Origin: Phallusia mammillata
Lineage: Eukaryota
NCBI GenBank assembly: GCA_965637545.1
Contig: OZ281494.1
Location: 30,814,001-30,878,000, forward strand
Direction of reading: 5' to 3'
Length of the DNA: 64,000 nucleotides
The notes below the pieces were generated by a model. That model saw only the letters and a list, made by a program, of their open reading frames with translations, made no database searches and was not told the DNA's origin. Shown here piece after piece: positions 59,798 through 64,000 of this stretch; position 1 is the stretch's first letter, and each line of letters starts with the position of its first letter. A program made the position numbers and the translations under genes.

Positions 59798-62700
59798 ATG
59801 TCGGAAGCAATTTGGGACTCATTCATAGAGACTATGTTAGCACCTGGTCTTGCCCTGGTTGATCCCGAACACAGAATTTATGAAGAGGAATACAGAAAAT
59901 TTCTTCTGAGAAATATAACCCACGGCGACCAGTTGAATGAGATTGATGGATATTATTTACTTCCTGGCTTTGAACCGGAAAGCGCAAGATACGCTTATGA
60001 TAATTTCGAATTTAAGCAAGGGGATGTGATTATTTCTACTTACCCCAAAACAGGTCAACACAGAAATAGATTAGTTGTGCTAAACAGCCTATTGCTTTAC
60101 GATTTGATGTCAAAGTTTATTCCAAAAAAATGTAATTATATGAGATCAAAAGAAAAATTAAATGTGTTTTATGGGCTAATTTGTATGTTCAAATATAAAA
60201 ATAATCTACGATTTCATTGCAAAATGTTGCTATGATTGGTCTAATGTTTAAGAGGTAAACGATTTTTGAAAAACGGTAAACTTTGTTTAACCTGATATTT
60301 CTGCAAATAACTTTTTTATTGAATTTTACTGGCGTGTTTAAACATTTAAACAAACGAAAGATAATTTTGTTTGTGCTTGGTGCAGGCACAACGTGGATGA
60401 CTGCCATTGTGCAAAATATTCTTTACATACGTGATCCAAAATTTCTGGAACAGGCCTCCAAGATTTCATTATTCTTTTCGTACATGGAATTCGGACCTGG
60501 TAACTTTTAAGAAATACGATTTTTTGATACCACAAAAGTTCAAATCAATTTCAAGCTTTTAGTTGTTCGATTCTGAGTAGTGTTTTATTGCTGAACTCAT
60601 CGGAAATTCTTCTTCCGCCTTAAGCACATGTGTTTTATCTGTTTTTTTTTACAAATAAAGTCGATTTCTATGTTGCATCAATGCCGTCCTAATTTATAGA
60701 ACCATTCATTGCTACTGTTCTACAGTTTCCAAATACCGGGTTACGGAAAACTTGAAGGTTCCAAGGCGATTTTTTGGTACGCATCTTCCCGAACCGCTAG
60801 TAAACACGAAGAAGATCCGAAAAAGTGGAGCCAAGGTACAACCCTACTTAAGTTATTTAAAAAAAGGGGGAGAAAAAGGCAAAACACGAAAATCCAAACA
60901 CTTGATTGCTAAAAACAGCAGTCGCCATTGATCACATTGTAGCAAGTTGGGTTGAACTTTTCGGTTTGGTTTAGGCTTCAGTTGAAATACAATGGGCTGG
61001 ATTGGGGCCTGATTTTAAGGCTGCATTTGTACCGTAATTTCACTAACTTTAGGGTCTAGTACGGGCTTTCAATAACATTACCCGTTCGGATTTGTATTTT
61101 TAGGCTTCACTTTCAATCCCGCTTACCGCTCTGATTATTCTTGTTCTGTAAGAAAACCAACGTTTTCATTTTAAACACTTGCAAAGCCCTTTAGTTCAGC
61201 AATTTTGGAAAATCAACGACACTATACCTCACAGCAGGCCTACATTTAGCTAATTTTCGATAGGTGGCGCAAATAGCACGAATACCTTTGAGACGGTATA
61301 GAACTTGGCCGAATGGCCTGGCGCGCTTGACTCATATACAGACATAAAAAACCTTGATCGGGATTCGTCCCGGGGAGTGTCCTGGGTTCGAACCCCGTGA
61401 AAAAAAAGAAAAGAAAAAAAACTCAAAACTTAACTCTAAAACTCAGAACCGGTATATCTCCAAAAAAGTTGACGGTTGAGGCTATTAGGGTTGGGGTAAG
61501 GTATTATCATTAAAAATTCTACAAAACTAACCTTAAAACTGAGTTTCAAAGAATATTTAAAATCATCCCCTCTTTGGCTGCTAAATAAATAATCCTGCAT
61601 TTGGAGACACCCATCGAAATTTAGCTAAATGTGGGTACGCCGTGAAGTATGTTGTTAGTGTCTCTACCAGCAATATCAACGTCGAAAGAAAATCTGCCTA
61701 AGCATGTTTATTAACAAACTTTCAATCTCATTTGAACTCCAAAATAACGCCCTAAAGTATTCGACTGATCAGCTTTATGAAAGCAAACAGATTTGAACAT
61801 ACTCCTAAGTTGATAGTCCCCTTCAGGTGATATATATGATGCGGAATCCGAAAGACCGTGCTGTTTCCTGGTACAACTTTGTGCAATCGCTTCCAATGTC
61901 GTCCCACAAGGCGTTGGAACCGATATTTCCCAAAGACATGCGCACATTTCTGGATGTTTGCTTTTCTGGTGAGTGTCAGATGTAATGTAGGTCACATACT
62001 CAAGTCAAACAAATGAAACATCAACGTATAACTTATGAGTTGACAAAAACCGCCTTTTACCCTGTAGTTGTGTTCAACCTGAAGCAAACTGTATTTTCTT
62101 ACATCAAAAGGTAAGTAACAATAAGGAGGAACACATTTTATGAATCACTATGGTTTAATAAGTTGTATTTGTTTTAATTGCACCTTGGTTGAAACATTTT
62201 AACTTGAAAAAGGGAAATGTTTTAGTTTTTTACAGGCTTGTAAGATTTAAGTGTAACTATGAAACACTTAGCATCTTCGCTGAATTAAAAATTGTTATTT
62301 TTTGATAATTCTACATGCCTTTTGGAAGGTGTAGTGAGCTTAAGAAAAGTTTACATCTTGCTTGTCTATAGGAAAGCAAAAATCGTTTGCTAAAGACGGG
62401 GAAGGCTACTTTGAATGTCTGAAAGAATGGTACAAGCACAACAGCGAGGAAAATTTCAGGATAGTGGTTTATGAAGAACTGAAAATGGTCTTTTGGTTTC
62501 GTATCGCCGACGTAACATATATAACAGCCACTAATTATCTGCTTATATGGTGTAGAATCCTCATGCGGAGATTAAAAAAATCGCGGACTTTCTTGACGAA
62601 AAACTTACTGATGAAGAAGTCAACAAGATTGTCGAAAATACTTCGTTTACTGCAATGAAACAACGTGCAGAAGCTGGTGGTACGCAGAGAAAAGGTGGAA

Positions 62701-62889
62701 TGCAGATGTTTCGGACAGGTTTTGATCTTGAGTTTGGCTTTTTGTCCTAATATATAATAAAGTATTGTTACTTAATTAGGTAACATCGGGGGATGGAAGA
62801 ATCATTTAACAGTTGCACAATCTGAACTTGTTGATCGAAAATTTAAAGAAGTTCTTGGCGACACTGACATTGAATTTATCTACGAATAG
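59798..62889 (+). CDS. Cytosolic sulfotransferase, copy 2, 336 aa, 7 exons
   Basis: Exons 59798-60053, 60386-60499, 60726-60835, 61827-61968, 62372-62487, 62556-62718, 62780-62889; exon lengths identical to copy 1 (256/114/110/142/116/163/110). Motifs TYPKTGTTW, GTHLP, RNPKDRAVSW, RTGNIGGWK. Confidence 0.93.
61300..61420 (+). mobile_element. Pseudo-tRNA / SINE head in SULT2 intron 3
   Basis: A-box-like TGGCCGAATGG, hairpin CGGGA-TTCG-TCCCG, B-box GGTTCGAACCC, A-rich tail; acceptor stem does not pair. Confidence 0.5.
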
Positions 62890-63749
62890 CTTTTGAATTA
62901 GTGTGGTTTAATTCCAAGTAGTAATTCCGGTTGTTGGGTCAACGCCTATCAGCTGGTTTTGGAATATACCCGATGAGCTAAATACGTTAACAATTGCCTA
63001 GCAGGTTTTGTGTGAAGAAGCGTAATAACTGTTATTACGCTTTTACTGTCACTGTGGACAACAGCAGTAGCTCTTGAATAGTTTTAGGGTGTCTCCGTGG
63101 CTAAAAAAACAATTTTTGAAGCATCCTATTTATATGTACAATGCAATAAGTAAGACTGTTTTACGTGAGAAATAAGATCAAGATTTGGTGCTATAGTCAT
63201 GAACACCCACTTTATATCATGAAACGCTAATTACCACAAAATGACCAATAAAAAATGATTAATCGGCACAGCATACCGTTTGAGAATTACTATGCTGCAG
63301 TATCAAATAAGCATCGAATAAAGTAAGCCGAAATTTTTATTCCGATCCTGGTTTTGTATTTCAACTGAACACAAGAAAAAAGTGTCATAACAAAAATATG
63401 GTTTATTTTATTCCGGTAAAATATGAAAAACAAACATCAGCAATAGAAACTATTTGAAAGAAATTAGTCCAGTAAGAATAACGTTGTACGCCAAAGTGAC
63501 GTCACCCTTCAACGTCAGCAGAATTGCTGTTTGGACAGGAACGCTCGGCTGAAAAAAAGAAAATCTTAATTTACTTGATTTTTGTTAGTTTACTTTCTGC
63601 ATTTCTTAACCTTTTCCATTAGTCAAACACGTCAATGCAATGTGTTTTGGAGGCAAAAACCAGTAATACAGAACAAAATAAAACAACTGGAACAAACATC
63701 AAAGTAACATATAAAGGATATTATTTGGGGTCTGTAAAACCGTAAGAAA

Positions 63750-64000
63750 AGTGCAAACCACCATACAAGCAGAAATGAAGGAAAAGCTTTGAATTACCAA
63801 TACCGGATTTACCGTAATCAAAAACAAAATAATTTGCATTAAAATATCTTGGGATCTTCTTGTTTTGTTTATGGTCATCTCATTTCCCGCAAAACAGACT
63901 TCGCAAAATTACAAAAAAGCTAATGAAACGGTCAGTTCTAACAGCTACAAATCCGATCCATACCATATTTTTAATTTCCAGCCCACAAAGCAATGAAAAA
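63750..64000. repeat. Second copy of the duplicated block, running off the window end
   Basis: Matches 58620-58860. Confidence 0.85.

Noticed and set aside
21400-62080. Short matches to miRNA 5' ends (TAATACTG about 21405, TTGGTCCC about 24950, AACCCGTAG about 52387, TACCCTGTAG about 62058)
   Set aside because: Matches stop after 8-10 nt and no precursor hairpin is evident.

Overview
AT-rich, intron-rich eukaryotic genomic DNA, most likely an ascidian/tunicate (inferred from gene content, compact introns, protein style and repeat landscape; the species cannot be determined). Nine genes can be reconstructed by hand with consistent splice phases: a 16-exon six-domain gelsolin (+, 249-13943); an intronless PRMT5-like methyltransferase lacking the TIM barrel (-, 14668-15807); RBM12 with a single coding exon (+, 16749-19991); FAM92/CIBAR (-, 29361-32157); two head-to-head clan-2 cytochrome P450s (-, 32877-35438; +, 37954-40136); a 5-exon TspO-related multi-pass membrane protein (-, 42846-47488); and two tandem 7-exon cytosolic sulfotransferases (+, 54885-58019; 59798-62889). 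Introns and intergenic DNA carry hAT-type MITEs, tRNA-derived SINE relics and Penelope-like hammerhead remnants. Most notable: (1) the PRMT5-like protein has Met at the Phe327 product-specificity position, with both catalytic Glu intact; (2) a CYP-CYP-TspO-like-SULT-SULT block that could be a small-molecule modification cluster; (3) an intron present in only one CYP, with a 7-bp junction repeat suggesting recent gain; (4) RBM12-FAM92 tail-to-tail synteny as in human RBM12B-CIBAR1; (5) a block repeated upstream of each SULT that carries a possible conserved small ORF. All alignments were done by eye against remembered reference sequences; no searches were run.
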